Below are positions 15,332-24,732 of a stretch of DNA of 64,000 nt, piece after piece. This DNA comes from Vicinamibacterales bacterium. GTDB taxonomy: Bacteria; Acidobacteriota; Vicinamibacteria; Vicinamibacterales; UBA8438. The notes beneath the pieces were generated by a model. It saw only the letters and a list, made by a program, of their open reading frames with translations. It made no database searches and was not told where the DNA came from. The stretch covers positions 3,631,794 to 3,695,793 of the forward strand of contig OZ253581.1 in the NCBI GenBank assembly GCA_965263055.1. The letters are read 5' to 3'. Both the position numbers and the translations under genes were made by a program. Numbering within the stretch: position 1 is the first letter of the stretch; each line of letters opens with the position of its first letter.

Positions 15332-16080
15332 GTCGTCACCTCCGGACGGTCACCGGCGCCGGACGCCGTCACCATCGAGCCGACCGGCTCGCCTAGCGCC
15401 GCGCGCCGCATGTTCCCGGGCGTACGGAGGTTGAAGACGACGATCGGCATGCCGTTGTCCATGCAAAGCGAAATGGCGGTCGCATCCATCACCCGCAAAC
15501 CCTGCTCAAGTACCTGCTGGTGCGAGACCCGATCGATCAACGTCGCTGTCGGGTCGGTCAGCGGGTCGGAGGTGAACACGCCATTCACCTTCGTTCCCTT
15601 CAAGAGTACGTCGGCCCGGATCTCCATCGCGCGGAGTGCAGCCGCCGTGTCGGTCGTGAAGTACGGATTGCCGGTGCCCGCGCCGAACAGCACGATCCGG
15701 CCCTTCTCGAGATGCCGGAGGGTGCGGTCGCGGACGTACGGTTCGGCCACCTCGCGCATCTCGATGGCGGTCACGACGGACGTCAGGGCGCCGAGCCGTT
15801 CGATGGCGTCGGCGAGCGCCAGGGCGTTGATCACCGTGGCGAGCATGCCCATGTAGTCGGCGGTGGCGCGGTCCATGCCGCGATCGCTCGCCGAGAGACC
15901 GCGGAAGATGTTGCCGCCACCGATGACGACGGCAATCTCCACGCCGAGGGCGTGCACCTCGGTGATGTCCCGCGCCAGTTGCCCGGTGGCGTCCGGGTCG
16001 ATGCCGAAGACGCCGTCGTCGGACGCAAGCGCCTCGCCCGACAGCTTTAGGAGCACACGACGGTAGGCCCGGCTGGTCAT
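15328..16080 (-). CDS. pyrH: UMP kinase
   Basis: 250-aa ORF. Motifs [47 protein letters not shown] overlap with frr. Confidence 0.95.
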   Translation of the reverse strand: MTSRAYRRVLLKLSGEALASDDGVFGIDPDATGQLARDITEVHALGVEIAVVIGGGNIFRGLSASDRGMDRATADYMGMLATVINALALADAIERLGALTSVVTAIEMREVAEPYVRDRTLRHLEKGRIVLFGAGTGNPYFTTDTAAALRAMEIRADVLLKGTKVNGVFTSDPLTDPTATLIDRVSHQQVLEQGLRVMDATAISLCMDNGMPIVVFNLRTPGNMRRAALGEPVGSMVTASGAGDRPEVTT

Positions 16081-16131
16081 CAGTTCCGGGCCGCGATTAT
16101 AGATCAGCCTCCTCCGGCCGCGCCTCGGCAG

Positions 16132-16734
16132 CTACTCGGGCCGCTCGCCCACCTTCAACCGGGCGAATCGGGCAACGGTAATGTTTTCGCCCAGCTTGGC
16201 GATGGCGCTCTTCACGAGGTCGCCAATGGTCGTCTTCGGGTCGCGGACCGACGGCTGATCGAGCAACGCCACCTGCCCGAACCAGCTGTTCAGCTTTCCC
16301 TCGACGATCTTCTCGATCACCGGCGCGGGCTTGTTCGATTCTTCCGCCTGCGCCCGGAAGATCGCCCGCTCGCGCTCGACCGCTTCCTCGGGCGCATCGT
16401 CGCGGCTGACGACCAGCGGGTCGGCTGCGGCGATGTGCATCGCGATCTCGCGCACCAGCGTTTGGAAATTGTCGGTTCGCGCAACGAAGTCCGACTCGCA
16501 GTTCACCTCGACAAGGACGCCGACCTGGCCGCCCTGGTGGAGGTAGTGGCCGATGAGCCCCTGCTGCGTGGTCCGTCCCGCGCGCTTTTCCGCCTTTGCC
16601 TGGCCACGCGTCCGGAGCACGGTGATCGCCCGGTTGATGTCGCCGTCCGCCTCGGTGAGCGCCGCCTTGCATTCCATGAAGCCGGCGCCGGTCTTGTCCC
16701 GCAGTGCCTTGACCTGTGCTGCGCTGATAGCCAT
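16132..16734 (-). CDS. tsf: translation elongation factor Ts (short form)
   Basis: 200-aa ORF. Motifs VKALRDKTGAGFMECKAAL, VLVEVNCESDFVART. Confidence 0.95.
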   Translation of the reverse strand: MAISAAQVKALRDKTGAGFMECKAALTEADGDINRAITVLRTRGQAKAEKRAGRTTQQGLIGHYLHQGGQVGVLVEVNCESDFVARTDNFQTLVREIAMHIAAADPLVVSRDDAPEEAVERERAIFRAQAEESNKPAPVIEKIVEGKLNSWFGQVALLDQPSVRDPKTTIGDLVKSAIAKLGENITVARFARLKVGERPE

Positions 16735-16810
16735 GTGTTCGTATCCGATCGTTCATGGGCAGACGATCACGCCGTAGGATCGCTGCCGGTGGTGAGCCGC
16801 GTACGTTCCG

Positions 16811-17587
16811 TCAGACCGTGGCGGGTGACGGGGCGACCTCGGGCACCGGCGCCGCTTCGGAGGCCGCCGGGGCGTCGGCACCGTCGGTCGGTTCCTGCTT
16901 GTTCCGAAGACCGCGGCCGGCGAGCACGGCGTCAGCGATCCGCGTCACGCACAGCCGAATCGACCGGAGCGCATCGTCGTTGCCCGGGATGACGTAGTCG
17001 ACATCGTCCGGGTTGCAGTTCGTGTCGACCAGCCCGATCACCGGGATACTCAGCTTGCGAGCCTCGTCGACGGCGATCTTCTCGCGCCGTGTGTCGATGA
17101 CGAACACGGCCTCGGGCAGCTTGTGCATAGCGCGGATGCCGTCGAGATTGCGGTGCAACTTCCGCTTTTCCTTCTGGAGCCGCGCCACTTCCTTCTTCGA
17201 CAGGTTCTCGTGGCGCCCGTCGGTTTCCATTGCCTCGAGTTCTTTCAGCCGATCGAGACTGCGCTGAATAGTGCTGAAATTGGTCAGCAGACCGCCCAGC
17301 CACCGCTCGTTGACGAAGTACATGCCGCAGCGTTGCGCTTCTTCGACGATGAGATCCTGTGCCTGGCGCTTTGTGCCGACGAACAGGATCCCGCCGCCGG
17401 ACGCCGCGAGTTGCATGACGAACTGCTCCGCCCGCTGTATCAACTCCGCGGTCCGACCCAGATCGATGATGTAGATCCCGTTCCGCTGGCCAAAGATGTA
17501 AGGCTTCATCTTCGGGTTCCAGCGTCGGGTCTGGTGGCCAAAATGCACACCGGCGTCCAGTAGGTCCTGCATCGTCAACGGCGTCAA
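16811..17587 (-). CDS. rpsB: 30S ribosomal protein S2
   Basis: 258-aa ORF with TTG start 4 nt after GGAGG. Motifs [28 protein letters not shown]. Confidence 0.95.
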   Translation of the reverse strand: MTPLTMQDLLDAGVHFGHQTRRWNPKMKPYIFGQRNGIYIIDLGRTAELIQRAEQFVMQLAASGGGILFVGTKRQAQDLIVEEAQRCGMYFVNERWLGGLLTNFSTIQRSLDRLKELEAMETDGRHENLSKKEVARLQKEKRKLHRNLDGIRAMHKLPEAVFVIDTRREKIAVDEARKLSIPVIGLVDTNCNPDDVDYVIPGNDDALRSIRLCVTRIADAVLAGRGLRNKQEPTDGADAPAASEAAPVPEVAPSPATV

Positions 17588-17629
17588 GCTTCCTCCATCC
17601 GGCAGGGGCTAGGCAGACACGTAGGCGGC

Positions 17630-18022
17630 CTAGCGCTTCGAGAACTGGAAGCGCTTGCGTGCGCCTGCCAGCCCGTACTTCTTCCGCTCCTTGGAGCGCG
17701 GGTCGCGCGTCAGCATACCCGCCTTCTTCAATGGCGCGCGCAACTCGGGGTCCATCCGGACAAGTGCGCGCGCGATGCCAAGGCGGAGGGCGCCCGCTTG
17801 GCTTACGATGCCGCCGCCGCCGGTGGTGGCATAGATGTCGAGTCGCTCGGTCGACTCGGTAAGGAGCAACGGTTCGGTGATCAACGTGCGAAGCGATGCC
17901 GTCGGAAAGCGCTGCTCCAGGCTGATGTCGTTGATGGTGAACGCCCCTCCGCCGGGCCGCAGGAAGACACGCGCCGTCGCGGTCTTGCGCCGCCCGGTAC
18001 CGTAGTGCTGTTCGACCGCCAC
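17630..18022 (-). CDS. rpsI: 30S ribosomal protein S9
   Basis: GTG 18022 lies just after the rplM stop, within ORF 17630..18415(-). Motifs YGTGRRKTATARV, GGGIVSQAGALRLGIARAL, RKKYGLAGARKRFQFSKR. Confidence 0.9.
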   Translation of the reverse strand: MAVEQHYGTGRRKTATARVFLRPGGGAFTINDISLEQRFPTASLRTLITEPLLLTESTERLDIYATTGGGGIVSQAGALRLGIARALVRMDPELRAPLKKAGMLTRDPRSKERKKYGLAGARKRFQFSKR

Positions 18023-18024
18023 GA

Positions 18025-18468
18025 TCAGGAAACCTCGAACGCGCCGGGTTGCTGCGCCGCGTGCGGATGATCCGGCCCGGCGTACACCTTCAGCTTGCGG
18101 TACATCGCCCGTCCCAGCTTTGTCTTCGGCAACATGCCACGGACCGCGGTCTCGAGCAGACGCTCCGGCTTCCGGGCGCGGACCACGGCCGCCCGCTCTT
18201 CGCGCAGGCCACCAAGATAACCGCTGTGCGCGCGATACAGCTTCTGCTGTTCCTTGCGTCCGGTCAGACGCACACGTGCGGCGTTGACGATCACGACATG
18301 GTCGCCCGTGTCGATGTAGGGCGCCCAGGTGGGACGATGCTTGCCCTGCAGAAGGCGCGCCGCGACGGTCGCAACGCGGCCCAACACCTTTGAGTCGGCG
18401 TCGATGAGACGCCATTCCCGGGCCACTTCCCGTGGTCCCGGAGCGTAGGTGGACGCGGTCTGTTTCAA
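18025..18468 (-). CDS. rplM: 50S ribosomal protein L13
   Basis: ORF 18025..18534(-). TTG 18468 gives MKQTASTYAPGPREVAREWRLIDA, a typical L13 N-terminus. Motifs GDHVVIVNA, GMLPKTKLG. Confidence 0.9.
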   Translation of the reverse strand: MKQTASTYAPGPREVAREWRLIDADSKVLGRVATVAARLLQGKHRPTWAPYIDTGDHVVIVNAARVRLTGRKEQQKLYRAHSGYLGGLREERAAVVRARKPERLLETAVRGMLPKTKLGRAMYRKLKVYAGPDHPHAAQQPGAFEVS

Positions 18469-18666
18469 AAAGTCTGCCTCTGAAGCCTGCCTCTGAGACG
18501 TGCCAATACCACCCGGCGCGTCGCCGGAAACCACCGATCCTAACGATCCTTCCGGTTGGGTGTCAAGGCGCGGGCGTCCGGAGGGTTCCTCCGCCCGGGG
18601 AAGCGACCCCTTCCAGGTTGGCCCGCGTCTTGCACCCCGTCACGGCAAGGAAGCGAGATTCTCGGA

Positions 18667-19785
18667 GTGCGCCTCTTGAAGTCGCTGTTCCGCCGGACCG
18701 GATCTTTGGTCGGCCTCGACATCGGATCGAGCGCCGTCAAGGTGGTGGAGATCGTTCCTCGCCTGCATGGCCCTGTGGCGAAAGTCGGATGCGCCCCGAC
18801 ACCCTCCGGCAGCATCGTTGACGGTGCGATCGTCGAGCCGGAACGGGTGGCGGGCGCCATCCGGCAGGCGTTCACGGCGGGCGGCATCCGGAAGCGGCGG
18901 GTGGCAATCGCGTTGCCGGGGAGCGCCGTCATCATCAAGCGTATCGCGTTGCCGCCGACCCGGGACGCCCGATTGGCTGACGTCGTCACGCGCGAGGCGT
19001 CCCGGTATCTGCCGTTCGATCCGGACAACCTGATTCTTGACTATCACCAGATCGGCGCCAGCGCGCGCAATCTGGATGATCCCATCGATCTGTTGCTGGT
19101 GGCGGCGCGGCGGGAGACGGTGGTGGGCTACGCGGGCGCGGTGGCGGAGCTGGGATGCACGCCGACGGTAGTTGACGTCGGTGCGCTCGCCCTGCAGAAC
19201 GTCTTCGAGTGGACCGACGGCGGGGAAACGGACACTTCGGCGGATGTCCCCGACGATGCATCCGTTGCCCTGCTCGATGTCGGTGCCAGCGCCACGACGG
19301 TCAATGTCGTCCGTGGCGGCGCCTCGCTCTTCACACATGACGTTCCCGCCGGAGGAAATGCCTGCACCGAGGCGCTGCAGCGTGAACTGGACCTCTCCTT
19401 CGAGGCGGCGGAACGGCTGAAGCTGGGGCTGCCGGCCCGCGGGTGGACGATGGCCGATGCCGCCCCCATCATCCGTGGAGCGGCCGACACGCTGGCCCTT
19501 GAAGTGCGACGGACGCTCGAGTTGGTCGCGATGGGCACGGCGGGCGAGGGCACCGAACCCGTCGGTCGCATCGATCGGATCGTGCTGACCGGCGGCGCCT
19601 CACGAGCGGACGGATTCGAAGCGGCGCTCCGCACGCACTTCGGCGGCGTGGTGAAGCGACTCGATCCGTTCCGCCGGCTTACGGTGAGGAGTCCGGCGGC
19701 AGGCGATTCGGCGGGGGCGAACGCGCTACGGACAAGCGCGAGCATCGCGGTCGGTCTGGCGCTGCGAGCGGTGGACGAACGGTGA
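18667..19785 (+). CDS. pilM: type IV pilus assembly ATPase-fold protein PilM
   Basis: GTG 18667 within ORF 18556..19785. Motifs LVGLDIGSSAVKVVE, DVGASATTVNV, actin-like fold pattern. Confidence 0.85.
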   Translation: MRLLKSLFRRTGSLVGLDIGSSAVKVVEIVPRLHGPVAKVGCAPTPSGSIVDGAIVEPERVAGAIRQAFTAGGIRKRRVAIALPGSAVIIKRIALPPTRDARLADVVTREASRYLPFDPDNLILDYHQIGASARNLDDPIDLLLVAARRETVVGYAGAVAELGCTPTVVDVGALALQNVFEWTDGGETDTSADVPDDASVALLDVGASATTVNVVRGGASLFTHDVPAGGNACTEALQRELDLSFEAAERLKLGLPARGWTMADAAPIIRGAADTLALEVRRTLELVAMGTAGEGTEPVGRIDRIVLTGGASRADGFEAALRTHFGGVVKRLDPFRRLTVRSPAAGDSAGANALRTSASIAVGLALRAVDER

Positions 19786-19856
19786 CGGGATGCGCCGGCC
19801 CCCGGCCGGCCCGGATGTGCGGCTGGCTCCGCGGCGTGGAATGAAGGGAGAAACCA

Positions 19857-20420
19857 ATGATCCGCATCAATCTGGTCAGCAGGCGCGGGACAGGTGCGCC
19901 GGGCATGTGGGCGGGACGGTCCGCAGGCGTCTGGGAGGTGGCCGCCACGGCGGTGGCGGTAGCGGCCTTGGTGGCGGCGGCCGGGCTCGTCGTCTCGGAG
20001 GCGTGGTCGCTCCGGCGGACGACCCGGGCCGTCACCGGCGCACTGGCGGCAGCGGATGCCGACCGGCGAGAGCGAGCCGCCACCGCGGAGACACTGGAGG
20101 CTGAGGAGGAGCGGCGCGCCAGGTTGGCTCGCCAGGTGGCGCAGCTCTCGCGCTGGCACGAAACGCGCTCGGCTTCGACCCGCATGCTCGAAGCAGTGAG
20201 CCGCAGCCTTCCGGATGGCCTCTGGCTGACCGACCTGCGGCAGGAGACCGACGCAGTCGTTCTGGTGGGCCGCGCCGTCCGGTCGTCCGCCGTCTTCGAG
20301 TTCGCCAGCAAACTGGAGAGTTCGGGACAAGTCGCGTTGCCGGTGGAGGTTGCCGGCTTCGACACGGCAGGAGGCGGCCGCTTCGAGATCCGAGTGGCGG
20401 GACTGGCGCCGGAGGAGTGA
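19857..20420 (+). CDS. pilN: type IV pilus assembly protein PilN
   Basis: 187-aa ORF beginning MIRINLV. Single TM helix, coiled segment, then LPDGLWLTDL. Confidence 0.8.
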   Translation: MIRINLVSRRGTGAPGMWAGRSAGVWEVAATAVAVAALVAAAGLVVSEAWSLRRTTRAVTGALAAADADRRERAATAETLEAEEERRARLARQVAQLSRWHETRSASTRMLEAVSRSLPDGLWLTDLRQETDAVVLVGRAVRSSAVFEFASKLESSGQVALPVEVAGFDTAGGGRFEIRVAGLAPEE

Positions 20421-20423
20421 TCG

Positions 20424-21557
20424 ATGCGTGACCGTTACGAAGCGGCAGATCGGACCCGGCAAGTAATTCGGGTGGCGTGGGAGAGGCCGTGGCGGCGGGC
20501 GGGAGCCGGCTTGCTCGGCGCGGCCACACTCTTCCTGCTTTTCCAGTTCGCCTGGGCGTCGCCGCGCCAAGCCCGGCTGAACATGCAGCAGCAGGAACTG
20601 GAACAGGCGCGTACGTGGCGCGCGGAGGCGGCGCGCACCGAACGACGGTTGCTGGACGTGGCGGACGAGATCGCGCGTCTCGCACGGGAAGCGGCCCATC
20701 TGGTGTCCGCCTACCCGTCGGATCGCGAAGCGCCCATCCTTCTCCGCCAGTTGCATGGAATTGCCGAGCAATCGGGATTGACACTCGTCGCGTACGCGCC
20801 TCGACCGCCGGAGTCGCTGACGATCGCAGAAACGGAATTGGGTGGTACGCGTTGGAGTGCGCAATGGGAGTTAACCGGTCGCTTTCACGACTTCGCTGGT
20901 TTTCTCGATCGGGTAGGCATCCTGCCCCAGGTGATGCGGGTGACAGAACTGGTGGTCCGGGCGGGGAATCCGGGGTGTCCAGACGGGACGGTCCTCGCCG
21001 CGGGCACCGCCGAGACGTTCGTGATCGATCATGCCGGACGGCCGGCACAGGCACCTTCTCCGTCCCGAGGTGCAACTGCAGTTAACAACCCGGAGCGGCC
21101 GTCGTCCCCGGCGTTGACGTATGACCCGGGGGGCCGTCGGGATCCGTTCGCGCCGCTGCGGGCAACGGTCGCGCCGCCAGTGCCGGAGGAACGGCCGGCA
21201 GGACTTCCCGGAATCGCAGCGAGCGAATTGTCGCTGCGCGGCCTCGTCGTTACGTCCGGCGCTTTGCTGGCGGTTCTCGAATCGCCGGGCGGGCGGAGCT
21301 GGCTGGTGCGGGGAGGCGAACGTCTGCTCGATGGCGTTGTCGGGTCGATCGGGACAGACGGGGTGAACATACGGCCGTTGGCGGCGGTGACCGGTTTGTT
21401 GCTGCGGCTCCCGCTCGGCGCTCCGCCGGCCGGGGCGGCGGAAGCGCCCGTCAGTCCCGAGGCTGATGCGGCGGCGGACACGGCCGGGCCGACCGATCCG
21501 GGCAGTGAGGCAAGCCGCGCCGCGGCCGGCGAGGAGCCGGGCAGGGCATGCGGATGA
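20424..21557 (+). CDS. fused PilO-like / PilP-like pilus alignment protein
   Basis: 377-aa ORF. N-terminal half has a TM helix, coiled coil and a PilO-like ferredoxin-fold pattern (LLRQLHGIAEQSGLTL...WELTGRFHDFAGFLDRV). After a Pro/Ala linker come RRDPFAPL and LSLRGLVV...LLAVLES...WLVRGGERLLDGVVGSI (PilP-type). Confidence 0.65.
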   Translation: MRDRYEAADRTRQVIRVAWERPWRRAGAGLLGAATLFLLFQFAWASPRQARLNMQQQELEQARTWRAEAARTERRLLDVADEIARLAREAAHLVSAYPSDREAPILLRQLHGIAEQSGLTLVAYAPRPPESLTIAETELGGTRWSAQWELTGRFHDFAGFLDRVGILPQVMRVTELVVRAGNPGCPDGTVLAAGTAETFVIDHAGRPAQAPSPSRGATAVNNPERPSSPALTYDPGGRRDPFAPLRATVAPPVPEERPAGLPGIAASELSLRGLVVTSGALLAVLESPGGRSWLVRGGERLLDGVVGSIGTDGVNIRPLAAVTGLLLRLPLGAPPAGAAEAPVSPEADAAADTAGPTDPGSEASRAAAGEEPGRACG

Positions 21558-22795
21558 TGACGAAGCGCCGGTTCGTGCCGGCGCTGGCTGTCGCGTTCGC
21601 GCTTGCTCCGGCGTTCGGTGCCGTGGCGGTCGCGCAGGACTACACTGGTGACCCGGTTTCGTTGCAGTTTCAGAACGCCGACCTCCGATTGGTGCTCCGA
21701 ACGTTTGCTGACATCAGCGCATTGAACCTCGTACTCGATCCGGAAGTGGGTGGGATCGTCGATGTCGCCTTGACGGACGTGCCCTGGGATCAGGCGTTTG
21801 ACGTCATTCTGCGCGCCAATCGGCTCGATTATGAGACAGAAGGAACCATCGTCAGGATCGCGCCGCTCGCGACCTTCGCGGCAGAAGCGGAGCAGCGCCG
21901 GCTGCTGGCTGAGCAGGAGGCGCTAGCGGGCGAGCTGATCGTCCGCACGCGTGCCCTCGGCCATGCCCAGGCCGCCGAACTGGCGCCGTTGATTACCCAG
22001 GCGGCGCTTTCTCCACGGGGGCAGGTGCAGATCGACTCGCGAACCAATACCCTGGTATTGACTGACCTCGCCGATCGCCTCGACGCGGCGGAAACGTTGA
22101 TCGACGAGCTCGACCGGGCTCAGCCGCAGGTGGAGATCGAGGCGCGTATCGTGCAGGCAAGCAACGACTATCTGCGCGAACTGGGAGTCCGTTGGGGTTT
22201 GAGCGGCCGTTCCACGGTGGACGGTGCGGTCGATCTGCGGGCGCAGTCGGCGGCCGCGGCCATTGGCCTGGCGCTGGGCGCGGTGGATGGATCGCTGAGC
22301 CTTGACGTTGCGCTCTCCGCCGCCGAGGAGGAGGGCGCAGTCCGGATCCTTTCGACGCCGCGCGTCACGACGCAGAACAATGTGCAGGCGACGATCCGGC
22401 AGGGGGATCAGATTCCGATCCAGACGGTCGCCAACAACACGGTCACGGTGACGTTCCGCGACGCTGCCTTGCGCCTGGCCGTCACACCGCGTATCGGGGC
22501 GGGCGACAGCGTCATCCTGCAGATCGAGATCGACAACGACTACGCCGACTTCTCCCGCCAGATAAACGGTGTGCCGCCGATCGTCACGCAGAGCGCGCAC
22601 ACCACCGTCCAGGTCGTCAACGGCGAGACCACGGTCATCGGGGGCATTTACGAGCGCACGAGTACCCGTGCCGACCGCCGGGTCCCCGGCCTCTCGCGGA
22701 TTCCCCTCGTCGGCCGCCTGTTCCGCGGTGACTCGAATCGCCGCCGCACCGATCAACTGCTGATCTTCCTCACTCCCCGCATCGTCCAACCCTGA
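21548..22795 (+). CDS. pilQ: type IV pilus secretin PilQ (compact, no AMIN domains evident)
   Basis: 415-aa ORF with a signal peptide. Motifs VSLQFQNADLRLVLRTFADISALNLVLDP, ILSTPRVTTQNN, VPGLSRIPLVGRLFRG, LLIFLTPRIV. Confidence 0.9.
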   Translation: MRMMTKRRFVPALAVAFALAPAFGAVAVAQDYTGDPVSLQFQNADLRLVLRTFADISALNLVLDPEVGGIVDVALTDVPWDQAFDVILRANRLDYETEGTIVRIAPLATFAAEAEQRRLLAEQEALAGELIVRTRALGHAQAAELAPLITQAALSPRGQVQIDSRTNTLVLTDLADRLDAAETLIDELDRAQPQVEIEARIVQASNDYLRELGVRWGLSGRSTVDGAVDLRAQSAAAAIGLALGAVDGSLSLDVALSAAEEEGAVRILSTPRVTTQNNVQATIRQGDQIPIQTVANNTVTVTFRDAALRLAVTPRIGAGDSVILQIEIDNDYADFSRQINGVPPIVTQSAHTTVQVVNGETTVIGGIYERTSTRADRRVPGLSRIPLVGRLFRGDSNRRRTDQLLIFLTPRIVQP

Positions 22796-22908
22796 CGGCC
22801 GGTGGTGCGACACCGCCTCGCAGCGATCGAATGCGGACTGGGTTTCCCAGGGCTGGCGGGCTGGTCCGCGCCCGACGCTATAGTGCACGCGTGACGACGG
22901 AGAGGAGG

Positions 22909-24072
22909 ATGCTGGCGCCGCCCCTGCAACAGGCCGGCCGGCTGGATGCGGTGCGGGCGGATCTGGCGGCCCGGGAGTTGGACGCGTTGGTCGTGAGCCA
23001 TCTGCCGCATCTCTATTACCTGTTCAACCTTCGTGCGAGTGCCGGGATCGCGATCGTCGGGCGCGAACCGAATGACCTGACGCTCATCACTGACTTCCGA
23101 TACCACGAGGCGGTGCGCCGCCTGCAGATTGTCGGCGCGATGCCGCCGGCAATCGACATCGTCCCGGTTCCAGCCGGCGGGACGTACGATGGCGCACTCG
23201 CTGACCGCCTCAGCGCCGGTGGGACCGGCCGTCGCGTCGGCATCGAGTCCGACCATTGCACCGTCCGCCGCTGGCGCTGGCTGACCCACGCGCTCGACGG
23301 CGCGGCGGAACTGGTGCCGTCCACTGAACTCATCGAGCGGACTCGGATGGTGAAGGACGCGCACGAGATCGCGCTGTTCCGCACTGCCGGCCGCATGCTG
23401 GCGGACGCGGTGCCGCTGGCCACCGGCGCCGTTCGGGTGGGCCGGACCGAACTGGCAGTGGCGCGCGAGATCGACGCCATCCTCCTCGACGCGGGCTTCG
23501 AGGCGCTCGCGTTCGAGACCATCGTCGCGGCTGGTCCGAACGGCGCGTTGCCGCATGCGCACCCGGGCGGGCGGCGAATCGAGGCGGGCGACCTGGTGCT
23601 GCTCGACTTCGGCGGGGTCCACCACGGGTACTGCGTCGATCTGTCGCGCACCGTGGCGGCGGGCACGGTCCCGGCCGAGGCGCGGCGCCTGCACCACGCA
23701 GTTGTCGAGGCGCAGGCGGCGGCGATGGCGGCGGCACGGCCCGGCGTGCGCGCCGGCGAGGTGGACGCGGCTGCCCGCACGGCCCTGGCGCGGCATGATC
23801 TGGCTGAAGCCTTCGGCCACAGCACCGGCCATGGCCTCGGCCTCGAGGTGCACGAGCTGCCGCGCATCGGCCGCCCGCGCGCGACCGGCACGGGCGAGAC
23901 GGACGACGTGGTCCTTGCGCCCGGCATGGTCTTCACGATCGAGCCGGGCGTCTACGTGCCGGAGGTGGGTGGCGTCCGGATCGAGGACGACGTCGTCGTG
24001 ACCGACGGCGGAATCGACGTGCTGACGCCCGCGCCCCGCCGCCTGCGCGAGCAGCAGCCCCAACCGACATAG
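22909..24072 (+). CDS. Xaa-Pro aminopeptidase/dipeptidase (peptidase M24B)
   Basis: ATG 22909 (alternative GTG 22891) within ORF 22831..24072. Motifs LLDFGGVHHGYCVDLSRT, HSTGHGLGLEVHE, VFTIEPGVY, GGVRIEDDVVVT. Confidence 0.85.
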   Translation: MLAPPLQQAGRLDAVRADLAARELDALVVSHLPHLYYLFNLRASAGIAIVGREPNDLTLITDFRYHEAVRRLQIVGAMPPAIDIVPVPAGGTYDGALADRLSAGGTGRRVGIESDHCTVRRWRWLTHALDGAAELVPSTELIERTRMVKDAHEIALFRTAGRMLADAVPLATGAVRVGRTELAVAREIDAILLDAGFEALAFETIVAAGPNGALPHAHPGGRRIEAGDLVLLDFGGVHHGYCVDLSRTVAAGTVPAEARRLHHAVVEAQAAAMAAARPGVRAGEVDAAARTALARHDLAEAFGHSTGHGLGLEVHELPRIGRPRATGTGETDDVVLAPGMVFTIEPGVYVPEVGGVRIEDDVVVTDGGIDVLTPAPRRLREQQPQPT

Positions 24073-24075
24073 ACC

Positions 24076-24732
24076 GTGGGCCACATGCCCCTGCCGCCGC
24101 TCTACGCCATCGTGGACGCCGGCGCGGCCTCGCGCCACGGCTGGACGCCGCCGGACCTCGCCGCTGCCTGCTTCGACGGCGGGGCCCGCCTCGTGCAGCT
24201 CCGCGCGCCCGAGGCGTCGACGGCGCAGCTCGAGCAGTGGTGCGACGCCATCGTCGCGCGCGCGGCGCCGTACGGCGCGACGGTGATCGTCAACGACCGC
24301 GCCGACGTCGCGCGCGCCTGCGGCGCGGGGGGCGTGCATGTCGGTCAGGACGATCTGCCCGCAGCCGCCGCGCGCGCTATCCTCGGTCCGGCCGGTGTCG
24401 TCGGTCTGTCGACGCATACCGGCGTGCAACTCGACGATGCCTGGCGGCAGCCGGTCAGCTACGTGGCGGTCGGTCCGGTCTACGGCACGCAGACCAAGGC
24501 GACCGGGTACGCGCCGGTCGGCGTGGCGCTCGTCCGCGCCGGGGCGGCGCGCCGCCCGGCGCATCCGATCGTCGCGATTGGCGGCATCACGCTGGAGCAC
24601 GCGCCGGCACTGATTGCGGCCGGCGCTGCCGCGGTTGCCGTGATCGGCGATCTGTTCAGAGGAGGCTCGCCCGAGGCACGTGTCCGGGCGTACGTCGATC
24701 AGCTCCCGGCGCCCGGCGTGCCGTTGAAGTAG
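24076..24732 (+). CDS. thiE: thiamine-phosphate synthase
   Basis: 218-aa ORF (GTG 24076, alternative ATG 24085). Motifs LYAIVD, LVQLRAPE, VIVNDRADVA, GVHVGQDDL, YVAVGPVYGTQTK, VAIGGI. Confidence 0.85.
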   Translation: MGHMPLPPLYAIVDAGAASRHGWTPPDLAAACFDGGARLVQLRAPEASTAQLEQWCDAIVARAAPYGATVIVNDRADVARACGAGGVHVGQDDLPAAAARAILGPAGVVGLSTHTGVQLDDAWRQPVSYVAVGPVYGTQTKATGYAPVGVALVRAGAARRPAHPIVAIGGITLEHAPALIAAGAAAVAVIGDLFRGGSPEARVRAYVDQLPAPGVPLK

